Below are positions 12,101 through 19,768 of a stretch of DNA of 64,000 nt, piece after piece. The translations under genes and the position numbers were made by a program. Every line of letters starts with the position of its first letter. Positions within the stretch are counted from its first letter, which is position 1. The notes under the pieces are model-generated. The model was not told the origin of the DNA and searched no databases. It saw nothing but the letters and a program-made list of their open reading frames with translations. The stretch spans positions 4,573 through 68,572 of the forward strand of contig JAZOQA010000022.1 in NCBI GenBank assembly GCA_045655765.1, given 5' to 3'. This DNA comes from Eubacteriales bacterium (GTDB lineage Bacteria > Bacillota > Clostridia > Oscillospirales > CAG-272).

Positions 12101-15100
12101 TCCTTACCAAAGAGGCAGGAGGCGTGAGCGACAAAATCCCCGATATGGAGGGAGGAAAGGCGCAAGACCTCTATTTGCCACAGACACGTGCTTTGCGTAG
12201 CATTATGAAGTATGTCAAGGCTGAACTTGAAAGGTATGACAAGATGAGCGGTAAGGAGAAGAAAGAGAACAGCCATATACCACTCACTATGTACGGCATT
12301 GCCAAAGCAGCAGCCGTTGATGCCCGATTGGTGCAGTCGGATGCAGAGGACGATGCACAGAGCAAGACCAACGAGGCAGTAAGACAGACCTTGCGTTCGC
12401 TCAAAGAGAGTGCAGACTATAAGGGTACTGTTGCCATCTTCGCCGACAACTACCAAAACAAAGAGAGCGGTTTCAACTTGTATGAGGACATTCGTACCAA
12501 ACTTATTGCAGAGGGTGTTCCTGCCGATGAGATTGTAGTAATCAAGTCGGGAATGACAGTCAAGAAGAAACTCGAAATCTTTGAAAAGGTAAATCGTGGC
12601 GAGGTGCGTGTTATCCTCGGTTCTACTTTTACCCTCGGTACAGGTGTGAACATACAGGAGAGATTGTACACATTGATACATCTTGACGCTCCTAACCGCC
12701 CTATGGACTACACCCAGCGTAACGGACGTATCTTGCGACAAGGAAACTTGCACAAGGCAATGGGTAAACCTGTACGTGTGTTGCGTTTCGGTGTTGAGGA
12801 CAGTTTGGACGTTACCGCATATCAGCGACTGAAAACAAAGGGTGCAATTGCCGACAGCATTATGAACGGCAAGCAGATGATGGCAAACAGTATGACCAAC
12901 CGTGTGCTTGAAGAGGAAGAAGATGTATTCGGTGATACCGTTGCTCAACTCTCGGGCAGTGAGTATGCAATGTTGAAGAACAATGCTGAAAAGAATGTCC
13001 GCAAGTATGCAAGCCGTAAGAAGCAGTGGGAGGCAGACCAAACCTATATCCACAATGCGAAACCAAGAGTAAAAGCCTTTATCAAGGATGCAGAAAAGCG
13101 TATCGAAGATAATAGCCGATACTTGGAGGCTGTACGTGCATCGTTCCCCGATGGCAAGTTCAAGGAGATTGTTATCGGCAAACATCGCTTCGCTACCATT
13201 GAAGCAATGGAAGATTTCTTCAAGGAACACAACAAGAGTTTGCTTGCAGAAATGAAGCAGATGAAAGACGGCGATATTGCAGGCGAGCAGAAACGACAAC
13301 TGACCATACAGATAGGTGATTTCTCGTTTGTCGTAACTACCAAACTGACAAGACAGGCGGTAAGAGACGGAGCAACCCTGTTCAATGATGTAGAAAGAAA
13401 AATGACCTACTCTTGTGCCGAACTTGGTATCGAGGACATTCCTGTACGTCAAAATCTTCTCCGCAATGCCATTGAGGATATTACCAATAATGTCATTACA
13501 GGCAGAGACTTTGCCGAGCGTGTGGAAATTGCCGAGCGTGTCAAGAAGCACAACGAGACAGAATTGGAACAACTCTTATCAAGAGAGGGCAAGCCGTTTG
13601 AGTATGAGGCTGAATTGGAACAGGCGCAAACTCAATATGAGGAGTTCTCGGAACTGATGAAGAAAGAGTTGGCAGAAAAGGAAGCCAAGTATGCGGAAAT
13701 GGACGCTACTGTAGAAGCTGCCAACGACCTTGCAACAGCAGAGGAAGCAGACGAACTCGAACGTGAGGGTGACGGTGCATATACGGATGATGAGGTCTCT
13801 TTTGAGAACGACCCTATTTCAAAGGTACTTGGAAAACCGAGATTTACCCGTAAGCAGCGCAGAGAGTTTGCAGAGCGTGAACGTCAGAGAATGGTTGCTC
13901 GTGTGGAAAATCTTGCAAAGAAACTCAATCTTGACAATGTTGAGATTGTGACTGATGCAAGTACATTGGAGGGCAAGAAACAGCGTGCAAAGGGTTTCTA
14001 CACAAAGAGTACAGGCAAGATAACTATTGTTATCCCTAACCATTCAAGCACGTTTGATGTTGAACAGACATTACTCCACGAGGCAGTTGCCCATTATGGA
14101 TTACGTCAGTTGTTCGGAGAGCATTTTGATACGTTCCTCGATAATGTATTCAATAATGCAGATGAGGCTATCCGTCAGCGCATCGTTGCACTTGCGGCAA
14201 AGAACGGTTGGGACTTCCACAAGGCGACCGAGGAATATCTTGCTATGCTTGCAGAGAACACCGAATTTGAGAACACCAATGCAAGTTGGTGGAGACAGAT
14301 TAAGGATTTCTTCTTGAATATGCTTCACAAGATAGGTTTTGAGGATTTCAGAGGAGTTACTCTGACTGATAACGAACTCCGCTATATACTGTGGCGCAGT
14401 TACGAAAACCTTGCGGAGCCGGGCAAATACCGTAGCATCTTGGGCGAAGCTGCTGATGTGGCAAAACAGTACGAGTTGGGTGTTGGTAACTATGCGGTTA
14501 CCAATCCCAATACTCCGCACGCTGCCGAGAGCGATGATGAACTCTATCGTGATGGAGACCCCGAAATTCACGAAAGAGAGTTGGCACGAGACCGTTATGA
14601 AAGACGTGTAAAGACAGGTATGTTCCAATCACAGGAGGCATTGCAGGATAGTATGCTCGGACTGAAAGAAGCAATGCAGGCTATCCTTGGCCAAGGAACA
14701 AACATTGAAGATGTGGACGGCTTCGAGAATGCTTACTTGGGCGAAAACCGTCTGTCAAGTGTGAACAAAGCCGAAGCAGATGCTTTCGCACAGACATTGT
14801 TCAAGCCAATGCTTGATGAGGTTGCCAAACTTGCCCGAAACGAGGCTGAACGTGAGGAACTGACCGACTATATGATGGCTAAACACGGACTTGAACGTAA
14901 TGCGTATATGCGCAATGAGGCTATCAAGAATGGTGCTACTGATGCAGACCAAACCGACTATGCCGGACTGACTGCCCTAACAGGTATGGACGATGTTGCA
15001 GATGCCGAAGCGGAAGCACAACGAATGGTTGATGATTACGAACAGGCACACGAGACTGCCGACCTTTGGGAGAAAGTCAATGCCGTAAGCAAAGCAATCT

Positions 15101-17475
15101 TGCAGAAGTCATACGAATGTGGAATGATGAGCAAGGAAACATTCGATAAAGTATCGGATATGTACGAGTTCTATATCCCATTGCGTGGCTTTGATGAAAA
15201 GACAAGTGCAGAGGCATACGCATACCTGTCGCACAAGCATAGTGCTTTCAATGCTCCTATCAAGAAAGCAGAGGGACGTAGGTCAAAAGCCGATGACCCA
15301 TTTGCCAACCTGCAATCTATGGCAGAGGGTGCGATAATGCAGGGTAACAGAAACAAGTTGGTGAAACAGCGTTTCTTGAACTTTGCCCTTAACCACCCGA
15401 GCGACCTTGTGAGCGTTAGCGACATCTGGGTTGAATATGATGCAGTAACCGATGAATGGAAGCCTGTATTCCCGGACAACATCGAGAGTACAGACACCCC
15501 CGAAGAGGTTGAGCAGAAGATGCAGGACTTTGAGACAAAGATGGAGTCATTAGCACAGCAGCACCCCGACCAATACAAGAGAGGTAAAGATGCAATCGGC
15601 ATTCCTTACCGCATTGTAGAGAGCCGAGATATGAGACAGCACCAAGTTGTTGTGAAGCGTGGCGGTAGAGATTATGTAATCACTATCAACGGCAACCCTC
15701 GTGCGGCGCAGGCATTGAACGGACAGACCAACCCCGACAATGATATGTCGGGTGCTATCGGTGCTATTCTTCGTGCAGGAGAAAAGATAAACCGTCAGTT
15801 GAGTGCGTTCTATACCACACGTAACCCGGACTTCATCGTGTCGAACTTTATGCGTGATATGCTCTACACCAATAGTATGGCGTGGATAAAGGAAAGTCCG
15901 AACTATGCTCTTCGTTTCCACAGAAACTACCTAATGGTAAACCCTGTTACGATGAAACGCTTATTGGCGAAATATCGCAAGGGCACGCTTGATATGAGCA
16001 ACAAGACCGAAGCAATGTTCCATCAGTTTATGATGAACGGAGGCGAAACAGGCTATGCCAATATCCGAGACATCGAGCAGCATAAGAACGACATCCGCAA
16101 GGAACTGAAACGAGCAAACGGCAAACTGAAACTTGCACGTGCTTGGAGCCTGCTTGCAGAGAAGTTCGATGAACTGAACAGAGCTGTTGAGAACTGCGCC
16201 CGATTTGCCGCCTTTGTAACCTCTCGTGAAATGGGCAGAAGCATTGACAGAGCCATTTACGATGCAAAGGAGATAAGCGTAAACTTCAACAAGAAAGGTA
16301 GCGGAGCGAAGTTCTATGACAGCGTAGGACAGACAAAGGCAGGAAACGCAAGTGCGTTGGTATCGGGACTTGGTCGTAGCGGTTACGTCTTTTGGAATGC
16401 CGCCATTCAAGGTACTACCAACTTCGGGCGACAGATGAAACGCCACCCTGCAAAAGCCTTTACAGGTATGGCGGCAATGTTCTTGCTCGGTGCAATCGTG
16501 GCATATTTTGGTGGCGATGATGATGAGGACGACAAGAACGCATACTACAACCTGCCCGAATACGTGAGACGTAGTAACATTTTGTTCCGTGCAGGCGACA
16601 GTTGGATTTCCATACCTCTGCCTATCGAGTACAGAGCATTCTACGGAATGGGCGAACTTATGACCTCTGTATTCAGTGGCAAGGAACACCTTACAGGTGG
16701 CGAAATTGCTGAGGCTGTTTTGGGACAGGCTACACAGATATTGCCTATCGACTTCTTGGAGGGTGGCGGTGGATTGAACGCTTTTGTTCCGAGTGCTGCC
16801 AAACCATTATGGGAAGCCTACGTTGCTGAAAAGAGTTGGACGGGTATGCCACTCTATAAAGACACTCCTTTCAACAAGGATATGCCGGAATGGACGAAAG
16901 CATACAGCAGCACCAATAAACACATCGTGAACTTGGCGGCAACTCTGAACGAGGCGACAGGTGGCGACCCATACACAAAGGGAGCAATCGACATCAACCC
17001 TGCCAAAGTTGAGTATATGCTAAACGGTTACTTCGGTGGTGTGTTCGGTACTATCGACAAACTGACAAAGACTGCTGAAACGATTGTCGGCGACAGAGAG
17101 TATGACCCTCGCAGCATACTCTTGGTAAACCGACTTGTCAAGGCAGGCGATGAACGCACCGAGTACCGTGCCGTGAATAATGAGTATTTCCGTTTGAAAG
17201 AGGAACACGACCGATTGAAAACCCGATTGAGACACTATGAGGAAGATACCGACAACGGCATCTTTGACTATGCTGAAAAGATAGATTTCCTCTACAACTC
17301 GCCCGAATACGAGCGTTACGAAATCTTTGAGGACTACCGCAAGGACATTGACGACCTCTACGATGAAATGCAGGAGGCAGTCGATGATGAAGAGCGCAAG
17401 GACATCGAAGCCGAGTTGAACGAACTCAAAAAGGAGATGATACAGGAAATGAACACAACTCGCAAACGTAAATAG
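124..17475 (+). CDS. Giant polyvalent protein (5,783 aa) with ParB-like, kinase-like, pyrophosphatase-like, N6-adenine DNA methyltransferase, SNF2 helicase and zincin modules
   Basis: A single uninterrupted ORF. Motifs read in order:
- ParB/Srx-like: ...AIQGNNRSDALR (about 3970-4330).
- Kinase/APH-like: DVEGDNVLL...VYFIDP (about 5530-6010).
- PPase-like: IEQPKGS...YGYIRGT..DGDHIDVF (about 6130-6540).
- Methyltransferase motif I EGSAGIGN (8998-9021) and motif IV NVPF (9193-9204).
- Helicase GTGKT (11128-11142), DEAH (11704-11715) and QRNGRILRQGN (12715-12747).
- HEAVAH zincin motif (14077-14094).
- A C-terminal module with one TM helix, AFTGMAAMFLLGAIVAYFGG (about 16456-16515). Confidence 0.85.
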   Translation: MPIFEYNGKKYNVKDEHIDSFMNDFPDASTIMEREGKKYRVRSADYRTFMSEQQGNEPQQPEQPAAAPTVPEVETPATPTGETPLTEQDKIRFSAGIEQMKRRTQQSMDDFNERMATMREYHDNAPLGGGQTAEGRMMFNPQSGKFEKTYITPLGNRYTSKGLADMESFRYRQAADMSVSGQLRRARLKLAELQAQRNERANEVHDEATEFNNTKLTPLGRLLVGGDIYVAQQQSDPEKNALNVAIRQTEELIKDLEEQQDREQGKDVGFWRGFGRIVGDFRTWDFGMSDLSDAMTMMHADQLTDENATEGERAAYNEMMGAIYNKEQAEQAYGGNASFWNRAGVMTGYMPSFMLDFVITGGGFEGISLLSKGGTRAATKVIGSEVVEEMAEQGFKTYVRNNGIKGFGQYAGNWTIKALGTMGDDLLIRAPLMTNTVQFGKTTSDIIDRKLGDVVVNEDGTYDFSNDKTWGSAIWQGEANAIIENYSEMFGAHLDPVVTLGNMSKLANVVGAKRLGAVLSKADAGALSGIMGQTHQLFNKMGVSDYFGEVTEEYYGQMWRTMLNLDDAYQQNPDGTRTNLLATGKFHGDIWGGMALSMGLMGAGKHTISATQYTSMKHSVNKADAHATELLGKEVWEPLRTTLDLTTNDDMGAMAEAIVNDQNFTDEERAAVLTYMERSMMMRGYNLGTLAQRRGAAQDEDIQALDESYMDGYGIETSQEMNDAKNMLDYQRQRVSAIVDEDLLAFMDSNPMNALEEVRSNGVWNDEARATILDYLNAKQVYDGMIQRVRDDIDGRIDQSNAMVNARTNRTTGMIQGATMKVDDRRVYVINGNLVQYADGSGIDIEASDNSIIVRDAETGALEQVSPDAILNIDEALDPITEMQTAADAIRQQYAQEAANRIDGVVTFNPGDTYTITGDDAQIQVQIVANDEGIVDNGDGTVNVSDGTNVFPLAKETIQQQAEAAQLARVAQFEQQRAAENAAYQQAVEEESRPQYALNDLVSLRDENGNAVRGNITTDADADGRYEVYTEAPINGKRVNLFTRDELDSMLMEHNGVVFEQPADNEGNNGGENIPESGNNAPQNIPAMQRIPKDMQGNPLYEQTDSDTAWDAIVEQTEGDEAMAQTVADGMVADKEAALKKLEKAKSKGGATIAEKIAAEKERKAAIDAAQQEVNIWKKIAGTANRRKMDAEAERRRIADEAAALRKAEEEKLRAEREEAERIEREALNGVPDMVDDTPQDARARGYRRVSGHKIDRQEPLQALQGKEIAVKFSDSTLPTGRVAVIEAEQLQPSHVQGVRNPLHFIDEAQPKERNDEASVLSAQKIAGNIRPEEITSSVTAYTGAPTVNARGEAIQGNNRSDALRLMWESHEDQAAQYKQYLIDHAEEFGLNADDVAAMERPVLVNMLDVDDAEAITLGQFVAQDTESGGTERIKPKNALQKMGNDMRSFANLLLKSNDEDTSFAGLVDNNGVEVLKWMSQRGYITPTQYKSAFDSKGNLTAEAKNDLRGIMYQSIFKGGSTRLEEMFNAMPAKAQKAILATAFRDYDSPNADRMIEEIQNSIRAFYALSQSEDFVNAKTFKDARLAVEGWKIQYQIDDVTGESYLPAENFSNFALLLATMYKGENQSVIQGTFNKLYDLIQGTQEPNLFEQPDNTPRSLAQAIYETLNITYDGQQRSNVLVGDSSASQRGQQGSTGDAATGERVENGERTADSAGSIEAESTTGGETVHQPQPERKGLEQTSDVGRKGDSTGVADDATQEVLGASNRGDIRVLEEGLDTSYSAYSDDSERTRRTAESERLVSLAKQHGLFIPAEVIKTLTGKVAKRTGESVVYIDTAAGKVTKVKDPYAKAAMKSGVQPEDAAFEHLVHNLLFPETAYTLEGISEEMGDVRIVLSQDFIQNYDQPTKEQIAEALAARGLFPEDNYSFGNELVSVTDVEGDNVLLGEDGTVYFIDPIIRFKKPLREILAALGGAEQKAPTIGEQIQAAEAEVNTNPTEAQKEAGNYKKGHVQIGTFNVTIEQPKGSVRSGVDKGGKKWEVEMQNTYGYIRGTEGVDGDHIDVFLSDDIDGWDGHKVFVVDQRNADGSFDEHKVMLGFNDINDAEAAYMSNYEEGWQGLGAITGVSIEEFEKWIASSHRKTKAFAEYKSVKTTEGQSASTDKDLRRKLADFNVGDVVRDYYNQKLYRIKKHSTNGVSTIAELDAEGNEVGTTTMNAHNNSRYSLAEAPVKAETTSTDAPYSIAPAKYTTKKGKVLDMHLVKFAGTLTKEQQRAAKELAKADKGWYDREQGGFMMRSEESAKQLADTILNNDDAVSDAQPVSLADTRKVVKPQQVNVESLIGELNEKGEAKLSDHAEQPTNPSGNRLVTDERYAELRERMRKKLGGQMNIGIDPEILAIGTEMAVYHLEKGARKFTEYAKAMIADLGDAIRPYLKAFYNGARNLPEVESSEIADDMTPYDEVQQFNVATFDKEHSDPFTTAEIVVAEQAHQEEAEQAKQEIINQRNTERRNEDEQTSASTEAIASQAETVADKAESDIETATTEEQLNDVVATIDKQIEEVNKQLALLGYYEADIDDSQFHESYGYMRSAEKKAVKDADTLAKRIVKDLGIDPASIVDKKGKKRKVIAQANIAPAGGNVYIHLPLTEDRELYISVDLEPDYKGGNRDNLFIDHIMLRIENPTGQGYRYVGRNVWVQSDATYTDVLDEIRAEIIQHVPEFDLPTRQSVSETEQKQPKAKKSKKKAVNLQQSGELGLFDSLFDNETNNEDGLQRNDATRSEGVSANGNRHEQGLSRGSETGSESEQQGSRRTDNGRETTGDAVDRTVRPRLSDTVTEPKNTRNNHSERGKDHAPTSVDARIEANIKAIELAKQLLESGEQATEKQMQTLRKFSGWGGLGKAFSEGTYYAPNLIAKRLRELLGEAAYQEAVMSANSAYYTPAYVVDTLWDIAEQMGFKGGNILEGSAGIGNILGQMPTHISERSNIHAIEIDGTSGGILSLLYPDAKVEIQGFEETRIANGSVDLAITNVPFVTGLRVNDTTGDKDLSKKFHNIHDFCIAKNVRKLREGGLGIFITSNGTLDNSKKLRDWIVNEGGADFVGAFRMHNKTFGGTGVTSDIIVIRKRVNGKKSANAIDVSTVTGERMAEYDTGETRKVKGQIVPVVKQLSMDYNQYFVEHPENMAGEMHFAFEKGDTFRPTSKGLYPKQDKKQEQMLAEFVQSFTAEEFGEKATDEIEVIDAMPGKKIGEVFVSDGKLYINAIGAAQPLEVNANKVKGHTKVECFEAYSAIKEALAAVLEYQITHEDDKGLKPLLAKLNKAYDDFVSTYGHFNKNTAIAFLRNDVDYANVFALEKFEESADAKGNKVQKFGKTDVFSKRVIEKEAEPMPTNVKDGIVASIFKFGRVDIPYIAEQLGKSEAEVKAEIIESGYGFEDPATRQVEVSYQYLSGNVREKLRQAQENNENGEFDRNIKALQEVMPMTIPAHLIDFTLGSSWIEPKLYEEYVKERTDVGVQFTAVGGTWFMNEPYYTAYEKNRAMGVTSEMLGRTVMGHTLIEAAIQNKSITVSTVKKNWDGSTETITDKEATQACSAKIDEIRQDFKEWARQKMQSDAEMSERMERVYNDTFNNYVPMSIPDEFVPEYFGGASHKFKMRSHQGRAIVRGTMQPLLLAHEVGTGKTFTLISTAMEMRRLGTARKPMIVVQNATVGQFVASAKELYPNAKILTLEEADRIADGRKNFYAKIKYNDWDMIVVPQSTFEFIPDSEERQMAFVQEKIEEKMLVLEQMKEADPDGKSMITRQAEREIALLEEELAGLSGETGKKRTANDEKKRAVALQNAEVKAMEMLDRRTDDVENFDDMGIDALLIDEAHEYKHLGFATAMQRGVKGVDPSYSKKSQGVFLKTQAVLEKNNGRNVIFATGTPISNTAAEIWTFMRYLMPADTMKEYGIYYFDDFVRNFGNIQQMLEFTTSGKFKENNRFAGYVNLPELVRIWSGVSDTVLTKEAGGVSDKIPDMEGGKAQDLYLPQTRALRSIMKYVKAELERYDKMSGKEKKENSHIPLTMYGIAKAAAVDARLVQSDAEDDAQSKTNEAVRQTLRSLKESADYKGTVAIFADNYQNKESGFNLYEDIRTKLIAEGVPADEIVVIKSGMTVKKKLEIFEKVNRGEVRVILGSTFTLGTGVNIQERLYTLIHLDAPNRPMDYTQRNGRILRQGNLHKAMGKPVRVLRFGVEDSLDVTAYQRLKTKGAIADSIMNGKQMMANSMTNRVLEEEEDVFGDTVAQLSGSEYAMLKNNAEKNVRKYASRKKQWEADQTYIHNAKPRVKAFIKDAEKRIEDNSRYLEAVRASFPDGKFKEIVIGKHRFATIEAMEDFFKEHNKSLLAEMKQMKDGDIAGEQKRQLTIQIGDFSFVVTTKLTRQAVRDGATLFNDVERKMTYSCAELGIEDIPVRQNLLRNAIEDITNNVITGRDFAERVEIAERVKKHNETELEQLLSREGKPFEYEAELEQAQTQYEEFSELMKKELAEKEAKYAEMDATVEAANDLATAEEADELEREGDGAYTDDEVSFENDPISKVLGKPRFTRKQRREFAERERQRMVARVENLAKKLNLDNVEIVTDASTLEGKKQRAKGFYTKSTGKITIVIPNHSSTFDVEQTLLHEAVAHYGLRQLFGEHFDTFLDNVFNNADEAIRQRIVALAAKNGWDFHKATEEYLAMLAENTEFENTNASWWRQIKDFFLNMLHKIGFEDFRGVTLTDNELRYILWRSYENLAEPGKYRSILGEAADVAKQYELGVGNYAVTNPNTPHAAESDDELYRDGDPEIHERELARDRYERRVKTGMFQSQEALQDSMLGLKEAMQAILGQGTNIEDVDGFENAYLGENRLSSVNKAEADAFAQTLFKPMLDEVAKLARNEAEREELTDYMMAKHGLERNAYMRNEAIKNGATDADQTDYAGLTALTGMDDVADAEAEAQRMVDDYEQAHETADLWEKVNAVSKAILQKSYECGMMSKETFDKVSDMYEFYIPLRGFDEKTSAEAYAYLSHKHSAFNAPIKKAEGRRSKADDPFANLQSMAEGAIMQGNRNKLVKQRFLNFALNHPSDLVSVSDIWVEYDAVTDEWKPVFPDNIESTDTPEEVEQKMQDFETKMESLAQQHPDQYKRGKDAIGIPYRIVESRDMRQHQVVVKRGGRDYVITINGNPRAAQALNGQTNPDNDMSGAIGAILRAGEKINRQLSAFYTTRNPDFIVSNFMRDMLYTNSMAWIKESPNYALRFHRNYLMVNPVTMKRLLAKYRKGTLDMSNKTEAMFHQFMMNGGETGYANIRDIEQHKNDIRKELKRANGKLKLARAWSLLAEKFDELNRAVENCARFAAFVTSREMGRSIDRAIYDAKEISVNFNKKGSGAKFYDSVGQTKAGNASALVSGLGRSGYVFWNAAIQGTTNFGRQMKRHPAKAFTGMAAMFLLGAIVAYFGGDDDEDDKNAYYNLPEYVRRSNILFRAGDSWISIPLPIEYRAFYGMGELMTSVFSGKEHLTGGEIAEAVLGQATQILPIDFLEGGGGLNAFVPSAAKPLWEAYVAEKSWTGMPLYKDTPFNKDMPEWTKAYSSTNKHIVNLAATLNEATGGDPYTKGAIDINPAKVEYMLNGYFGGVFGTIDKLTKTAETIVGDREYDPRSILLVNRLVKAGDERTEYRAVNNEYFRLKEEHDRLKTRLRHYEEDTDNGIFDYAEKIDFLYNSPEYERYEIFEDYRKDIDDLYDEMQEAVDDEERKDIEAELNELKKEMIQEMNTTRKRK

Positions 17476-17488
17476 TTATACTTGAAAA

Positions 17489-17529
17489 GAATGCTTGGGA
17501 TAGTACCTTTGTGGCTATCCTAAGCATTC
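17489..17529 (+). terminator. Hairpin between the polyvalent gene and the portal gene
   Basis: GAATGCTTGGGATAG-N11-CTATCCTAAGCATTC forms a 15-bp stem with one G-T pair, followed by A/T-rich sequence. It may be an attenuator rather than a full terminator. Confidence 0.4.
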
Positions 17530-17546
17530 TATAATATTCAACGATT

Positions 17547-19520
17547 ATGCATACAGAAAAAGGAAATAAAAGGTTATTGTCTATGAGCCGTATCGCTCCA
17601 AAGCGTGATACGGAAGAGATAGACACCGTAGCGATGTCTTCCCGGCAGTTCGGCGACCGCAGGGCGTTCGATGTGCTGATGGAAGCGCAGCACTATTGGA
17701 ACCAGATGGAGGATTTCCGAAAGGACAGAGAACGCAACAAGCGTTACACCTATGGTTTCCAATGGGACGATAAAATTTGTGTGGACGGCAAGACTATGAC
17801 CGAGGAGGAGTACATCAAGAGTCAAGGCAATGTGCCGTTGAAAAACAACCTTATCCGCAGATTAGTCAAAAGTGTGCTTGGTGTGTACCGCAGTCAGAGC
17901 AAAGAGCCGACCTGTACCGCACGAGACAGAGACGAACAGAAATTGGGCGAAACAATGAGTACCATTCTGCAATGCAATATGCAACTCAACAGAATGACGG
18001 AGGTGTACGCCCGAACAATGGAAGAGTTTCTAATCAGCGGTTTTATAGTACACCGCAAGTCATACGGTTGGCGTAATGGTAAGGAGGATTGTTGGACGGA
18101 CTATGTTCAGCCGAACAATTTCTTTATCGACAACAATATGCGAGATTTCAGAGGTTGGGACGTGTCTGTTCTTGGCGAGATACACGACATTTCATTTGGG
18201 CAGTTGTGTGAGCAGTTCGCCTCATCGCCCGAAGAATATCGCAAACTCCGTGAAATCTACAAGTGGGCTGCAAAAAAGGAATACATTGCCTCGTATGCAG
18301 AGCGTTTCGGATATAGCCGTTTGCAGAATTACGACTTTCTGTTCACGAGCGAGCCGGGACGATGCAGGGTTATCGAGGTGTGGCGCAAGGAACAGAAACC
18401 ACGTTGGCGATGCCACGACTACCAAAATGGCGACATCTTCAAGATTGACGTTGAGGACTACCAAAGGTGTGTTGTAGCCGAGAACGAGGAGCGTATAAGA
18501 ATGGCAAAGGCTGTCGGTATGCCCGAGGACGAAGTGCCATTGATTAAAGCCACTTGGTTTGTCGATGATTATTGGTATTTCTACTATCTGTCCCCATTTG
18601 GCGACATCTTGAAAGAGGGCGAAACACCATACGAACACGACAGCCACCCATACGTATTCAAGGCATATCCGTTCATTGACGGTGAGATACATTCATTTGT
18701 GGCTGACGTAATCGACCAACAGCGATACACCAACCGACTGATTACATTGTACGATTGGATAATGCGTGCAAGTGCTAAAGGTGTGCTGATGATGCCCGAG
18801 GATTGTTTGCCGGATGGTGTCAGCATTGACGATATTGCCGAGAGTTGGACCGAGTTTAACGGTGTCATTGTCTATAAGCCGAGCAAGAGCGGTAAAGTGC
18901 CGGAACAGGTTGCCAACAATTCGACAAACATCGGTATTGCCGAGCTGCTGAATATGCAGTTGAAGTTCTTTGAGGACATTTCGGGTGTAACAGGTGCATT
19001 GCAAGGCAAGCCCGGATTTTCGGGCGAAAGTGCTGCACATTACCAACAGCAGACACAGAACGCCACCACTACATTGCTTGACCTATTGGAGTGCTTCAGC
19101 GGCTTTGTTGTGGACGGAGCGTACAAGGATGTCAAGAATATGCAGCAGTTCTATGACAGCAAGAGAGTATTCAACATTGCAGGCAAGAGCGGCGCACAAA
19201 TCGAGTACGACCCGAAGAAGATACGAGACGTAGAGTTCGATTTGAGCATTACCGAAAGCACAACGACACCTGCGTACAGGCATCTTGCCAACGATATACT
19301 GTTGCAGTTGTGGCAATCGCAGGCAATCAGCGTAGAGCAGTTGCTTGAACACGGAGACTTCCCATTTGCTGATGAATTGTTGCAGAGCATCAAATCTCAG
19401 AAAGAGCAGTTAGAGCAGGGCAAAGTTCCTGACGGTCTTTCTCCCGAACTGATGGCGAAAGCACAGCAGGGAGCCAATATGCAAGCCGTAGGAAGATTGC
19501 ACAGCGCAATGGCAGCATAA
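17547..19520 (+). CDS. Portal protein (probable)
   Basis: A 657-aa ORF convergent with terL. The segment ...GIAELLNMQLKFFEDISGVTGALQGKPGFSGESAAHYQQQ... resembles portal core regions. The call rests mainly on position and size. Confidence 0.55.
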   Translation: MHTEKGNKRLLSMSRIAPKRDTEEIDTVAMSSRQFGDRRAFDVLMEAQHYWNQMEDFRKDRERNKRYTYGFQWDDKICVDGKTMTEEEYIKSQGNVPLKNNLIRRLVKSVLGVYRSQSKEPTCTARDRDEQKLGETMSTILQCNMQLNRMTEVYARTMEEFLISGFIVHRKSYGWRNGKEDCWTDYVQPNNFFIDNNMRDFRGWDVSVLGEIHDISFGQLCEQFASSPEEYRKLREIYKWAAKKEYIASYAERFGYSRLQNYDFLFTSEPGRCRVIEVWRKEQKPRWRCHDYQNGDIFKIDVEDYQRCVVAENEERIRMAKAVGMPEDEVPLIKATWFVDDYWYFYYLSPFGDILKEGETPYEHDSHPYVFKAYPFIDGEIHSFVADVIDQQRYTNRLITLYDWIMRASAKGVLMMPEDCLPDGVSIDDIAESWTEFNGVIVYKPSKSGKVPEQVANNSTNIGIAELLNMQLKFFEDISGVTGALQGKPGFSGESAAHYQQQTQNATTTLLDLLECFSGFVVDGAYKDVKNMQQFYDSKRVFNIAGKSGAQIEYDPKKIRDVEFDLSITESTTTPAYRHLANDILLQLWQSQAISVEQLLEHGDFPFADELLQSIKSQKEQLEQGKVPDGLSPELMAKAQQGANMQAVGRLHSAMAA

Positions 19521-19523
19521 AAC

Positions 19524-19557
19524 AGAGGGCGTATAGATTGGTTTCTATACGCCCTCT
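19524..19557. terminator. Bidirectional intrinsic terminator between convergent operons
   Basis: A perfect 14-bp stem, AGAGGGCGTATAGA-ttggtt-TCTATACGCCCTCT, followed by TTGTTT. It lies between the portal stop (19520) and the minus-strand ORF stop (19562). Confidence 0.6.
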
Positions 19558-19561
19558 TTGT

Positions 19562-19768
19562 TTACTTCTTTGTAGAGTGAGAAATGTCTTCAAGATATTC
19601 TACGACATCATCTAATGTTACAACTTTGTCTTCGTGGCAGACAGGCTCAATATTCTTTGCCATTGCCCAAATGCCATTTTTCTTGCCGATTGTTCCCTTT
19701 GCATTGTCTGTGGCATTGGGGTTGTTGGTTAGCGTTGCTATACCGTCAATGTTTCCGTACCTGCCCAT
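19562..19768 (-). CDS. Hypothetical protein (68 aa)
   Basis: An ORF at the end of the terL operon. It overlaps the upstream ORF by 23 nt. No motif recognised. Confidence 0.3.
   Translation of the reverse strand: MGRYGNIDGIATLTNNPNATDNAKGTIGKKNGIWAMAKNIEPVCHEDKVVTLDDVVEYLEDISHSTKK

Noticed and set aside
124-17475. Possibility that the 17-kb ORF is an assembly artefact or requires programmed frameshifting at the linkers
   Set aside because: One frame is open end to end with in-frame, correctly ordered motifs on both sides of each linker, so no frameshift is needed. The alt-frame ORFs are reported as observations, not as evidence of a broken gene.
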